Below are positions 1-12,070 of a DNA stretch of 64,000 nucleotides, piece by piece. The stretch covers positions 182,373,799 to 182,437,798 of the forward strand of contig NC_090375.1 of NCBI RefSeq assembly GCF_036365525.1, in the 5' to 3' direction. Under the pieces are notes generated by a model that worked only from the letters and a program-made list of their open reading frames with translations, had not been told where the DNA came from and did not search any database. Numbering within the stretch: the stretch's first letter is position 1; the number at the start of each line of letters is the position of its first letter. The translations under genes and the position numbers were made by a program. Origin of the DNA: Heterodontus francisci (taxonomy: Eukaryota).

Positions 1-984
1 GTAAAAAAGATGCATTATAAGTTAACTATACTGCATTCTCTGTTGAATGTTATCCACACCAGTTGTTTGATTTATTTTGAAGAATGATCATTGTTTAACA
101 TTGTTTATATTACTGCAAAATCATTGCCACTTCCTTTCAAAATGTTGTTCCTTGTTGTATTTTGAGCTTTGATATTCAAGGTAGGAAGTGAAATGTTCTT
201 CACATGGGCACAAAAAATTTCAGGGGGTATTAAATTAAAAGAAAATAATGAGCTGAATTTTATCCAGCCAGCAAGAACAGGATTGGAGGCAGGGTGGGGG
301 TGTGGGGGGGTGCCGTAAAATCGGGCTGGACACACTCACCAGAAACCCGACGATGTGACGTCTGTTCCAGATTTTGTCAACGGCAAGAAAGCTCCAAGGC
401 AGTATTGCTGTCACAATGCGACAGAACTGCAATTTGAATGGGTGAACAGCTAGTTGGAATGTATTTGCATTGATTTGAAGTTGATTTTATGGTCAATGGC
501 GTACAGGGATCACGTGCCTTCAGATCCCTGGCCATTTAAAGGTGGCGGTACAGAGGCAATGCCACAGTGCCGCCATGATATGTCAGCTATGGTGAGCAGT
601 GGATAGGGGAAGATGGGGGAACAGAGGCCATTGTTGGCCTGCGGTCCTGGACTCTCTGCGAGGGTGGGTGCATTTTTGGGTGCTGGGTTCTTAGCAAGAG
701 TAGATGCAGTTTCTGATGCTGGGCTGTTCACAAGGGTGGGTGCAGTCTTGGGTGCTCAGCTGTCTGCAAGGGTGGACGCTGAAGTGCATTAGCATGTCTT
801 CAGAGGGGAGTAACAAGGGTAAGGTCCCAAGGCAAGATTTTCTCTCCCCAGAACAGTGCACAGATCTCATATACCAATCATTGTGATCCCTTGGGCTGCA
901 CAGGAGTGGCTCAGAGGGAGGAAGGGCCAGGATCTGGCTGGACTTGCCAGTGAAGCTCAATTGGAGAGGCAGCAGCTGGCCATG

Positions 985-1900
985 ACGAAGGGCTGATCCA
1001 TGCCAGAGTGTACCGGACTCACCTCAACTGTCTGCAAATGTCTGAGTGGCAGTGTTGGTGAAGAATATGGCTCTCTAGGGAGACCATCATGAACTTGAGC
1101 GCCATATTGCAGGATGAGCTGTGACCTATGGGCTTCGGTGGACACCCAGTGCCCATTACCCTAAAGATCACTGGCACGCAATTTCTACCCATCTGGCTTT
1201 TTGCAAGGATCCGTTGGGGACATGTGTGGGGTCTCCCAGGCAGCAGCCCATTGCTGCATCAAGGAGGTGACCAATGCCCTGTATAAGAGGGCCAGCGACT
1301 ATGTGCTACCTAACCGATCTGAAAATCAGGTAGAGGGGGGCCGTTGGCTTTGGTTTCATCATTGGGTTTCCTCCAGGTGCAAGGTGCCATCGATTTCACG
1401 CATGTGGCCCATGGAGCAGCCAGCGGTCTTCAAAAGGAAGGGCTTCCATTCTATCTGCATATAACTGGTCTGCAACCACTGAAAGTACTTCCTGGGAAGC
1501 AGCCATGAAGTCTACATATTTTGGCAGTCCTGGGGACAAGGGCTACCCATTGAAGCCATGGCTACTGACCCCATTGAGGAACCCTCACACTGCAGCAGGA
1601 GAGGTCCAACACCTGCCACACGTCCTCTGAGCAACCATTGAACTGACCATTGGGCTGCTGAAGGTGAGATTCTGGTGCTTCGATTGATCTGGTGGAGCCC
1701 TGCAGTATGCCTCAGCGAGGGTCTTGTGTATTGTGGTGGCCTGCTGTGCTCTGCACAATCTAGCAGTGCGGAGGAGGGGAGGCCTTGCATGAAGAGGACA
1801 TGATTGATCGCCAGTCCTCATCCAACGAGGAGCATGTGGAGGAGGCTAATGAACAGGCAGCACTGGATCTTGAACCCTTGCATTGGAGGCCAGGGCTATT
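985..1900 (+). pseudogene. Harbinger (HARBI1-like, DDE_Tnp_4) transposase remnant, frameshifted
   Basis: Motifs across frames: QGSVGDMCGVSQAAAHCCIKEVTNAL, VQGAIDFTHVA, RKGFHSI, LGDKGYPLKPWLLTP, IELTIGLLKVRF, IVVACCALHNLA. Confidence 0.88.
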
Positions 1901-3464
1901 GAGGGACGTGCAAGGGAGGCACGGAACAATCTCATACATACCCATTTCCTGTGTCCATGATGGTGCCTCAAAGTGAACTCAATAGAGACTTAGCTCACTC
2001 TATTGCGCATGTCGCTTCCTTCCCAACGCACACCATGCTTAGCTTCACCACATGCTTCGATACATCTGAGACTGTGACCAAAAGCGGCCTGTGCCTACAC
2101 TGGCAGCCCATTGAGGGAGCAAGGATGAAGTTTGCATATGACAAGGCAGCAATGAAAGCATGAGCCATTTACAGCAATGATTTTGACCTTCGTTTTTTCA
2201 CACAATTGCTGCAACCAATAATTAGGCCAAAGTTAATACACCTGTTAAGCCCCAAGTGTGTCCAGCAGCTCTTTATACACTTTCATGCGCTTTTACACAG
2301 TGTGACCCCTGCACTGGTAGCTGAGGTGGAGGCAGGCTGCTGGTTGCGCTGTCCCTTGTCCTGGGATCTTCTCTGGCTGCCTGTAGCCTGGAGGGCACTG
2401 GCTGGCTGAGGGACTCCTGCATAGGTGTAGGACCCTCCTCCGTCGTCGTGACTACTGGAGCAAGGGTCACTGGGGGAGGGGCCGAGGAGCTGCTGCCCAC
2501 ACCAGAGGCTCATCAGCCTGGGGCTTGCAATAGGCTCGACCTCCCACAGTCCTCTGACTGTCAGCGGCATTGGCTGTCACAGCCTCCATCAGCTGCTCGG
2601 ACGCATGTGTAGTGCTCTCACCAGCTAATGACCCTGAATTTAAGCCCAACCACATACCCACTGACATGACAGTATCTGTGCTGCTGGGACTTGCAGGGGA
2701 ATGATTAACGGTGCATCTCCTGACTGTTTCTCCTCCTCAGAGGTTGACGACAGGCCCCCTGTCCTAGAGGCTGAGCTTGCCTCCGATGTGCCATACCCTG
2801 CATGAGAGAACTATGTAAAGGCCTGTTCCAGCCTCTGCTGGTGAGCCCAGGCCTCCAGCGCTGGCTGGGTGCAGGGCCAGGTGCAGTCCCAGCAGTGACC
2901 ACTGCTCCTGGTGGCACTGCTGGGACTGAAGAGCTGCCGGCCCTCTAGCTGCCAGCTTTTGAAGGCAGGAGATCCTGCCTGCTGGGGTGGAAGCCATGAC
3001 CTCAGGCAACTGCCAGAGCCATGCAAAATTGAGTTATGGCTTCCTGGGCCGGCAGAGGTGGGCTCACCCCCAACATTCCAGCTGTTGGGCGGGACCACTG
3101 CCTCCACATTAAATCTCGGCCAGTGTCTCCTCACTCTCTTGTGTGGGCACTCCAGTTTCACTGTCTGTGATTCCTCGACCGCACTGAGCCCCTGTTATCT
3201 CCAGAGCTGGTGTTAGAGCACGCAAATCAGGGACCTTGCTGCCAGTCCTTAATGTCTCCCTCCTTTTATGGGGCAATTTCTCCTGCAGCCATAAAGAGGG
3301 ACACAGTTAGACCTCACACAAAGAACAACAGGACATTTATGCTGGTGGCAGCCCCTCATCCCTGATCGGAGCTCCCAAATGGCTCCTCCTTGCATCTGCT
3401 CTTGGGACATAGTGGGGTTGAGCTCTGAAAGGAGGCGGCATGTGGCCAAGATACAGTCTTGCAT

Positions 3465-3690
3465 CTGAAAGGATGGTAATGACCTGGAACTCGCTGTCTA
3501 CAAGGATGGTGGATGTGGAGATGATCAATGGCTTCAAGAGGAAGTTGGATGGCCACGTGAGAGAAATAGACTTGCAGGGCTAGAGGGATCAAGCTGGGGA
3601 GTGGGACTGACTGCACAGCTCTGTGGAGAGCCGGCATGGACTCGATGGGCCAAATGACTGCCACCTGTGCTGTAAGTGACTATATGACTC
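3465..3690 (+). mobile_element. CR1 LINE 3' fragment nested in the Harbinger element
   Basis: CR1 ORF2 C-terminus (WNSL..VD.E.INGFKRKLD) plus 3'UTR, similar to other CR1 tails in the window. Confidence 0.7.
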
Positions 3691-3805
3691 TATGTGCTGA
3701 TGCCTCACCCCCTTGCCACCTTCTGGTCACTCCCTCCCCATGCAGCACTCTGTCCCGCATAGCCCCATGCATGCCCCAATGAGGAGATCTGTATGGAGGA
3801 CTCAC

Positions 3806-4025
3806 CTTGGCAAGGAGGTCATTGATCCTCTTGCGGCATTGGACCCAGTTCTGAGGGGTGACCCTACAGCCGCTGACCTCTGCTCTCTCCATCCAGGCTT
3901 GTTTGGTCAGGTGGGATGGTCTCCTCTTTGCCATCCATTGGGAACAGTACCTCTTGCCTTTCCCTAATAGTCTGGATGAGAAGCTGCAGGGAGGCATTGC
4001 TAAACCATGGGGCCGCCTCAGACAT
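3806..4025 (-). pseudogene. Harbinger Myb/SANT-like (trihelix) DNA-binding gene, first exon remnant
   Basis: MSEAAPWFSNASLQLLIQTIRERQEVLFP, a frameshift, then TKQAWMERAEVSG..NWVQCRKRINDL. Ends at a minus-strand AAG|GTGAGT donor. Later exons probably run down to about 2280. Confidence 0.8.
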
Positions 4026-5041
4026 AGTCCCAATTAACTCCCAGTCCATTCTTTGGGTTCTCAGTCCTGGTGCAGGGCTCTCAGCAGCAATTGCAGCAGT
4101 GTGGGGGTTAGGGGGGGCAGTGGGAAGGGTGTCCAGCAGCATTCCAGATTCATTGCATCAGTGAAAGGCAGCAGTACAAGCAGCACTTTAAAGATGGCAC
4201 CAGCACCTGCGTTTTCGTCAGCTGACGTCGCCATCAATGCCTTGTAGCCTGCCCCTGTCCTCCAGTAGGACTCCTGGCACTGCTGGACTCGCACTGGGCC
4301 GACAAAATTCAGCCCAGCATATATGGAAAATGAAAGTGACCTGGGTTCTGACTGACAATAAATTGAAGCTATTGCAACAATGCTCAGTGTCAGTGAGTAA
4401 AGCAAATCAGATGTTGTGACGTTTTAAAAAATTGATTTTGGGACAAAATAATGAGGTAATCCTGACACTTTATAAATCATTGGTGTGATCACCCTTAGGA
4501 TATTGTGTACAGTTCTAATCATTTGCAGCACAAAAGGATATTACGGCTATCGAAAAGATATAGAAGAGCATAACCAGAATGATTGTGGGATGGAGCGATT
4601 GGATTATGAGTGATGACATAAATTGGAAAAGAGAAGATTAAGAGGCAAGATTGCTGTTTTTAGGATTCTGTGGATTATATAATGTAGATCAGGGGTCACC
4701 AACCTTTAGTGAGAGCTACTTCTGATAAAGGAAAAATATCATGAGCAACCCCCTCCCTCGCTCTGCTCGTCTTGCTCATCCTGTTGTGACATCAGTGCAT
4801 CTTGACGTCAGTGTGCGGTGACGTCAGTGTGCGGTGACGTCAGTATGCGCAGGCGCAGATTAATGCTGGCAGGATGATGTGGGCTGTCGGATTGTGTTGT
4901 CACGAGCTTTATGTGAGCTATTCAAAGGCCGACGTGTGCTACCAGGCGCTCACGATCAACATTTTATTTTATTTTTATTTAGAGATACAGGCCCTTCGGC
5001 CCACCGAGTCTGTGCCGACCAACAACCACCCATTTATACTA

Positions 5042-8000
5042 CTTCTTTGGCCTCCTTGTCTCGAGAGACAATGGGTAAGCACCTGGAGCTGGTCAGTGGT
5101 TTGTGCAGCAGCGCCTGGAGTGGCGATAAAGGCAAATTCTAGAGTGACAGAATCTTCCACAGATGCTGCAGATAAAATTGGTTGTCAGGGCTGTTACACA
5201 GTTGGCTCTCTCCTTGCGCTTCTGTCTTTTTTCCTGCCAACTGCTTAGTCTATTCAACTCGCCACGCTTTAGCCCCGCCTTTACGGTTGTCCGCCAGCTC
5301 TGGCGATCACTGGCAACTGACTCCCACGACTTGTGATCAATGTCACAGGATTTCATGTCACGTTTGCAGACGTCTTTAAAGCGGAGACATAGACGGCCGG
5401 TGGATCTGGTACCAGTGACGAGCTCGCTGTACAATGTATCCTTGGGGATCCTGCCATCTTCCATGCGGCTCACATGGCCAAGCCATCTCAGGCGCCGCTG
5501 GCTTAGTAGGGTGTTTATGCTGGGGATGTTGGCCGCCTCGCGGACTTCTGTGTTGGAGATACGGTCCTGCCACCTGATGCCAAGGATTTTCCGGAGGCAG
5601 CGAAGATGGAATGAATTGAGACGTCGCTCTTGGCTGACTTACATTGTCCAGGCCTCGCTGCCACAGAGCAAGGTACTGAGGACACAGGCTTGATACACTT
5701 GGACTTTTGTGTTCTGTGTCAGTGCGCCATTTTCCCACACTCTCTTGGCCAGTCTGGACATAGCAGAGGAAGCCTTTCCCATGCACTTGTTTAATTCTGC
5801 ATCGAGAGACAGGTTACTGGTGATAGTTGAGCCTAGGTAGGTGAACTCTTGAACCACTTCCAGAGTGTGGTCGCCGATATTGATAGATGGGGCATTTCTG
5901 ACGTCCTGTCCCATGATGTTCGTTTTCTTGAGGCTGTTGGTTAGGCCAAATTCAGACAGGCAGCCGCAAACCTGCCGATGAGTCTCTGCAGACACTCTTC
6001 AGTGTGAGATGTTAATGCAGCATCGTCAGCAAAGAGGTGTGCCCTGATGAGGACTTTCCGTACTCTGGTTTTCTCTTTTAGATGGGCAAGGTTGAACAAC
6101 CTGCCACCTGATCTTGTGTGGAGGAAAATTCCTTCTTCTGAGAACTTGAATGCATGTGAGAGCAGCAGGGAGAAGAAGATCCCAAACAGTGTAGGTGCGA
6201 GAACACAGCCCTGTTTCACGCCACTCAGGATAGGAAAAGGGGTCTGATGAGGTACCGCTATGCTGAATTGTGCCTTTCATATTGTCATGGAATGAGTTGA
6301 TGATACTTAGTAGCTTTGGTGGGCATCCAATCTTTTCTAGTAGTCTGAAGAGACCACTTCTGCTGACGCGGTCAAAGGCTTTGGTGAGATCAATGAAAGC
6401 AACGTAGAGGTGTATCTGTTGTTCACGGCATTTCTCCTGTAGCTGGCGAAGGGAGAACTGTATGTCAATGGTGGATCTCTCTGCTCGAAAGCCACACTGC
6501 GCCTCAGGGTAGACACGCTCAGCCAGGTTCTGGAGCCTGTTTAAAGCGACTCGAGCGAAGACTTTCCCCACTATGCTGAGCAGGGAGATTCCACAGTAGT
6601 TGTTGCAGTCACCGCGGTCACCTTTGTTCTTATAGAGGGTGATGATATTGGCATTGCGCACGTCCTGTGGTACTGCTCCCTCATCCCAGCACAGGCAAAG
6701 CAGTTCGTGCAGAGCTGAAAGTATAGCAGGCTTGGCACTCTTGATTATTTCAGGGGTAATGCCATCCTTCCCAGGGGCTTTTCCGCTGGCTAGAGAATCA
6801 ATGGCATCACTGAGATCCGATTTTGTTGGCTGTACGTCCAGCTCATCCATGACTGGCAGAGACAGGGTTGCATTGAGGGCGGTCTCAGTGACAACATTTT
6901 CCCTGGAGTACAGTTCTAGGTAGTGTTCCACCCAGCGGTCCATTTGCTTGCGTTGGTCAGTGATTGTGTCCCCTGATTTAGATTTGAGGGGGCAATCTTC
7001 TTGATGGTTGGCCCAAAAGCTCTCTTAATGCCATCATACATCCCTCTGATATTTCCTGTGTCAGCGGCTAGCTGAATATGACTGCATAGGTGTTGCCAGT
7101 AGTCATTTGTGCAGCGCCTGGCTGTTCTTTGTGCAGCGCTTCTGGCAGCTTTAAGTGCTATGGATGTTAACTCGCTGGGGGCTTTCTTGTAGTTCAGCAG
7201 TGCAATGCGCTTAGCGGCTATGACAGGTTCCAGCTCTTCAATGTGAGATTGAAACCAGTCTGCATTCCGCTTCACACAATTGCCATAGGTGGTCATTGCT
7301 GAGTCATAGATGGCATCTCTGATGTGGGCCCACTTGGTCCCTGCATCCCCTGTGGGAGTGTTTTGAAGGGCTTTTTCAAGTGAATTTAGAAACTTGCGTA
7401 ACAGCTGTGGATGAGAAATTCTGCTAGTGTTGATGCGCGGGCGGCCCTTCTGCTTGGAGTGATGCAGCTTCTTTGGTTTGAGGCTAACCTTGCTGCACAC
7501 CAGGGAGTGGTCGGTGTCGCAGTCCGCACTGTGGAAGCTGCGTTTGATTTGAACACTGTTTAAAGAGGCTCACCTTGTGACGATGAGGTCCAGCTGGTGC
7601 CAACGACGTGATCTTGGGTGCCTCCAAGAAACCTGGTGACAGGGTTTAGTGTGAAAGAATGAGTTGGTGATGCAGAGGTTATGATAGGTACACAACTCAA
7701 GCAGTCTCTGTCCATTCTCATTCATCCTTCCAATGCCATAGCGCCCAAGGCAGGAAGGCCATGAGTCATGGTTGGCCCCAACCCTGGCATTGAAGTCCCC
7801 CAGCAGGAATAGGTGTTCGGTGTTGGGGATGCTACTAATGATATTATGGAGTTCCTCATAGAACTGGTCTTTGCTCCCCATCTGAAGTTAGAGTGTTGGA
7901 GCATAGATGCTGAGTAGGTGTAGTAGACCAGAGGCGGTGAACAGTCGGATGGACAGTGTGCGTTCCGAGCCATTTGAGGGTGGCTCTATCATGCTGAGCA

Positions 8001-8302
8001 AAGAGTTTCTGATGGTGAAGCCCACTCCATGCTGTCTTGGTTCTTCAGGATCCCTACCCTGCCAGAAGAAGGTGTAGTCTTGCTGTCTTAGAGATCCGCT
8101 CACAGGGAGGCGTGTCTCCTGAAGTGCTGCAGTGTCCACAATTGCGTCTACTGAGCTCGTTGTTGATGATGGCGGTCTTCCGAGAATCGTTGATTTGTGT
8201 AAAGTCTTCCGACAGGCCAGGACACACAGTTCTGACGTTCCAGCTTGCAAAACGAAGGGCTGGTACCTTTTTTGGTCGTGCTGTTTGGTGCGGTGTTACA
8301 GT
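5042..8302 (-). mobile_element. RTE-clade LINE body (AP endonuclease + reverse transcriptase), frameshifted
   Basis: ASWNVRT, LQETRL, LLGDFNARVG, WRHPRSRRWHQLD, KAPGKDGI, QCGFRAERST, FIDLTKAFD, KQGCVLAP, LFADD, FTYLGS, GRIPKDTLYSEL and a C-terminal CxxC. Bounded by TSD CCATTTATACTA (5030-5041 and 9533-9544). Confidence 0.95.
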
Positions 8303-8669
8303 TTGATGGTTTCCTGTTAAGATGGCTGCGTCCAGGACGGTGGTCGCGTAAGGCTGGGAGAGGAATTCACTGCAGAGACAGGGTGAACGGCTGGCAATCC
8401 GGGAAAGGACTGCTGATGATGACCCTGCCAGTTGTGACCAAGCTTGGAAAGCCACTTGGCTATGTTCGGGGAGCCCGTCCACGGCAACAATCAGGAGGAA
8501 GAGCGGCCACGTGGTTCCGGCAGCGGCTCCCGCTCACTCGGCGACTGCGCTGTTTCCACACAAACTTTCCCATCAACTCCAGCTCAGCTCCCCAATCCAG
8601 ATCCCAGTAGTAGTACACCATTGTAAAAGGGACAATGGTGGGAGCTGATGCAATGTTTTACTATCTGCA

Positions 8670-8915
8670 ACCCCTCCCCTACCCCCTCCCCCCCCTCCCT
8701 GCTCCCAGCTCACCCCCCCTCGCACCCCCTTCCCAGCTCCCCCCTTGCACCAGCTCTCCCTCGCGCTCCCTTCCCCTGCACCCCTCTCCCCTACCCCCTG
8801 CAGCCCCCCTCCCAGCTCCCCCCGCACCCCCTTCCCTCCGCCCCTTCCCAACGCACTCCTCCTCCTTGCACTCCCCCTCTGCACCCCCTTCCCTCCACCT
8901 CCTCCCACCGGCATC
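8670..8915 (+). repeat. C-rich low-complexity tract
   Basis: Irregular C3-C7 runs with cccagctccccc and gcacccc units. Confidence 0.8.
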
Positions 8916-8917
8916 CA

Positions 8918-9531
8918 CCTACCCCTGTGTAGGGGCCCCAACAACCCCACTGCCTTGTGGGCGTCTCGGGAGAGACCAAGGCTAAGGGAGTAAACCCTAA
9001 CAGAAAATCTGGAGCGGAACACCGAAGGCGGTCATGTGTCACCTTTGGCATGTTTCCGGCAGTTCCTGCAGCCATATTGGTGCCAAATGTCGTGCTCTGC
9101 ACTCCTTTGGACCCCACCAGGAAGGCTGAGAGGGGGGTTTTGACGCTTGGGCAACTCACAACCTCCATACATCCGCCCAGGCATGCGCCATGGAGAGGTC
9201 ACTCCATAGTCGCCTCACTGCGACCAAATCAACACGGAAGGCAGCAGTTACGGGTTATAAGTCCAGCTCAATTGGCGTAGAGATTGGGCGCCACGGGTTG
9301 TCTTTGTCGGTGGGGGAGGTCATTGCATCTCACTGGACAGCTACCGCCCGCCTCAAACCGGGCAGCCCCCGATCAGTAAGGTTCTATCCCGCCACAGTCC
9401 ACCTGCTTCAATGGGTGCTTGGAGCTTAGGGTCATTGCCCGACAAACGGACTGTAACACCGCACCAAACAGCACGACCAAAAAAGGAAAGAAGGCACCAG
9501 CCCTTCGTTTTGCAAGCTGGAATGTCAGAAC
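8918..9531 (+). mobile_element. Inverted 5' segment (5'UTR to ORF start) of the same RTE insertion
   Basis: Colinear with the 5' end of the RTE copy at 15147-15750, but lies inside the TSD-bounded insertion in the opposite orientation to the body. Confidence 0.85.
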
Positions 9532-10609
9532 ACCATTTATACTAACCCTACAGTAATCCCATATTCCCTACCACCTACCTACACTAGGGGCAATTTACAA
9601 TGGCCAATTTTCCTATCACCTGCAAGACTTTGGCTGTTGGAGGAAACTGGAGCACCCGGCGAAAACCCACACAGTCACAGGGAGAACTTGCAAACTCCAC
9701 ACAGGCAGTACCCAGAATCGAACCCGGGTTCCTGGAGCTGTCAGGCTGCGGTGCTAACCACTGCGCCACTGTGCCGCCCATGTTGGCGACCCCGATGTGG
9801 ATGATTATAAGTTTGACCTCGTCCAATACAATGGATGCATATGCGTGAAGGCAGTTAAGTTGAAGACTAATCTGTGGATGCAATATTTTAATGAATATGT
9901 GATAAATCTATGGCATAGGCTTCCTCTGGCACTATAGTGGAAGCAGATAATATTGCTTAATTCGAATGCAAATTAGGGATATTTCTCAGAAAATATATTT
10001 TGAGGTATAGTATGAGCAGTTGAATCATGATGTATGTTAAGTGTAACCTGTTTGGGAGGAAGAGGTAACTTGGTACTTTTGGATCCCAAAGCTGTCCACA
10101 TATGGTGGGCTTTCATCGCCTCATGTCTGGATATGTTGTAGATGTAGATGAACTGATAGAGATTGATTATCATGATTAGTCAGTATCTATTATTGTTGTC
10201 ATGCAGCTAACAGAATGGTAGAAGGCGAATGCGATGGACCATGGTCTTTTCTCACTAGAAATTCTGATGTTCCTATGAGCTTTATGGAGATTAATTGCTG
10301 TAAAATATGCAGTGCTATGCACATCCCTTACTGTGCAATGCCTTTGATTTCACTGCAGTGAATCTTGCTGCTTCAATTTAAATGCATTCATTTACTTCCT
10401 TTGCTACAATAAAGTTCTGTTTAATTTGAAACAAGAGCTGTTTACCATTCCACTGGATTACAAACAAAGCAACATTCCAATGTTAGCTCTTATAATTGGA
10501 CTCGAGTAAAGCAATCTACCTCATTTTATGCTTTAATAATTTCTGTGCAGTTTCATCTCTCCTGATTTGTAGTTGATTTTGTTTTTCCAAAAATGATTGT
10601 TTTCTCCTG

Positions 10610-10980
10610 ATTAGAGGTGTACAAGATTATGACATGCTTAGATAAGGTAGACAAAGAAAAGCAGTTCCCATTAGCTGATTGTATGAGAGCTAGGGGGATA
10701 CAAACTTAAGGTTTTGGGCAAGAGATAGAGTGGGATGTGAGGAAGAACTTTTTTTACATAGCAAGAGATAATGACTGAGAACTCGCTGCCTACAATGGTG
10801 TTGGAAGTGGAGATGATCACTGATTTCAAAAGGAAATTGGGCACTTGAGGGAAATAAACTTTCAGGGCTACAGGAATGAAGTGGGTAAGTGGACTGACTG
10901 GATTGCTGTACAGAGAGACGCATGGCCTCGATGCACTGCATGGCCTCCTTCTGTGCCGCAATGCTTCTATGACTTTGTGA
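10610..10980 (+). mobile_element. CR1 LINE 3' fragment
   Basis: EVYKIM..LDKVD..FP, RKNFF and NSLP segments followed by a CR1 3'UTR. Confidence 0.7.
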
Positions 10981-11359
10981 AGCCAATCCCACTTATTGAA
11001 CTTTGTCACTGAGCCATGTTGATAGACGTGGTCATGGACGTATTGTTAATCATAGCCATGTTATTACCTTAGGAATCTGTTTGTGGTGGTAATAGGAGGG
11101 TCGGGCTGCCAATGGGATCAGAATGGTAAAATGAGAAGAATTGTACACCACTTTATTTTTAAACATTTAGGTTGGCAGTAAAAAATAAGTCTGGAAATCT
11201 TGGTATTGGAATATTCAATTCAAAAGAGCAATACTGTTTTAACTTAAAAATACAACATTAGATTAGTTTCGAAGGAAAAAAGTGACTTTCACATTGTCAG
11301 GATGTCACAAAGCACTTCACAGCCATTGAATTACATTTCAAATGTTATCACTGCTTAGA

Positions 11360-12070
11360 AAAAACTTGCATTTATATAGTGCCTATCACAACCTCAGGAT
11401 ACCCCAGGAGCGCTTTACAGCCAGTAAACTTTTTTTGCAAATGTAGTCACTGTTGTATGTGAGGAAACATGGCAAACAATTAGCACACAGCAAGGTTCCC
11501 TAAACAGAAATGAAAAAAAAATCTGATTGGTTTTAGCGATGTTGGCTGAGACATAAATGTTGGCCAGGACACTGGGCAAACACCCCTGTTCTTGGTAAAG
11601 TACCATTGGGATATGTTCTCGTCCACCTGAGAGGGCAGATGGCATCTCAGTTTAATGACTTAACTGAAAGATGGCACCTCTGACAGTGTAGCATCCCCTC
11701 TATTGAATTGTAAGCATCCTGCAAGCAAGTGCTACCCTGAGCCACAGCTGACACCATAGACAAATGTCAGCACGCAGCTAGGCCCCACAAATAGCCATGA
11801 GATGGGTGACAGCTTGCTCTCTCTTGGTGTTGACCAAAATATCAAATGAACTCTCTTACTCCTCTTTGGTGCTGAGAGATCTTTTACATTCATCTGCGAA
11901 AGCAGATGGCTCCTCGGTTTCATGCCCCATCAGAGGTACTGCATCCTCTGCCCCATCCCATTCCACAACAATGCAATGCTTCCTTTGTGCTGAAGAAGTG
12001 TTGGGCTAGATTATGCACTCAAGTCCCATAATCTTTTGACTTTGAAAGTGCTACCAATTGAACCAAGCTA
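11360..12070 (-). mobile_element. Two degenerate Deu-domain SINE copies (SacSINE1/AmnSINE1-like)
   Basis: Reverse complement of the Deu-core SINE at 53528-53830 (cacacagcaagg..aaacag, ccacctgagagggcaga..ggcacctctgacagtg). Confidence 0.6.

Larger units (their letters stand above)
250..4315. mobile_element. PIF/Harbinger DNA transposon, decayed, with convergent transposase and Myb/SANT genes
   Basis: Terminal inverted repeats GAGCTGAATTTT (250) and AAAATTCAGCCC (ends 4315) enclose a DDE nuclease remnant on + and a Myb/SANT remnant on -, the typical Harbinger layout. No clean TSD seen. Confidence 0.85.
4963..9779 (-). mobile_element. HE1/V-SINE-type tRNA-derived SINE split by an RTE insertion (4963-5041 and 9533-9779)
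   Basis: The two pieces join into one copy of the SINE seen intact at 33695, 44200 and 44840. Confidence 0.85.
4690..9794. mobile_element. Non-autonomous hAT (Charlie-type) element, interrupted by a SINE and an RTE
   Basis: Ends CAGGGGTCACCAAC (4690) and GTTGGCGACCCCG (ends 9794). 8-bp TSD ATGTAGAT (4682-4689) / ATGTGGAT (9795-9802). Internal repeated TGACGTCAGTG units at about 4785-4850. Confidence 0.75.
4410..10270 (+). mobile_element. Old CR1-type 3' fragment split by nested insertions (pieces about 4410-4689 and 9795-10270)
   Basis: Degenerate CR1 ORF2 end (LYKSLV..LGYCVQF, LEKRRLRG) continues after 9795 with an NLWHRLP-like segment. Confidence 0.55.

Noticed and set aside
985-1900. Domesticated HARBI1 gene
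   Set aside because: Multiple frameshifts and stops, enclosed by TIRs together with a Myb partner, so it is a transposon relic.
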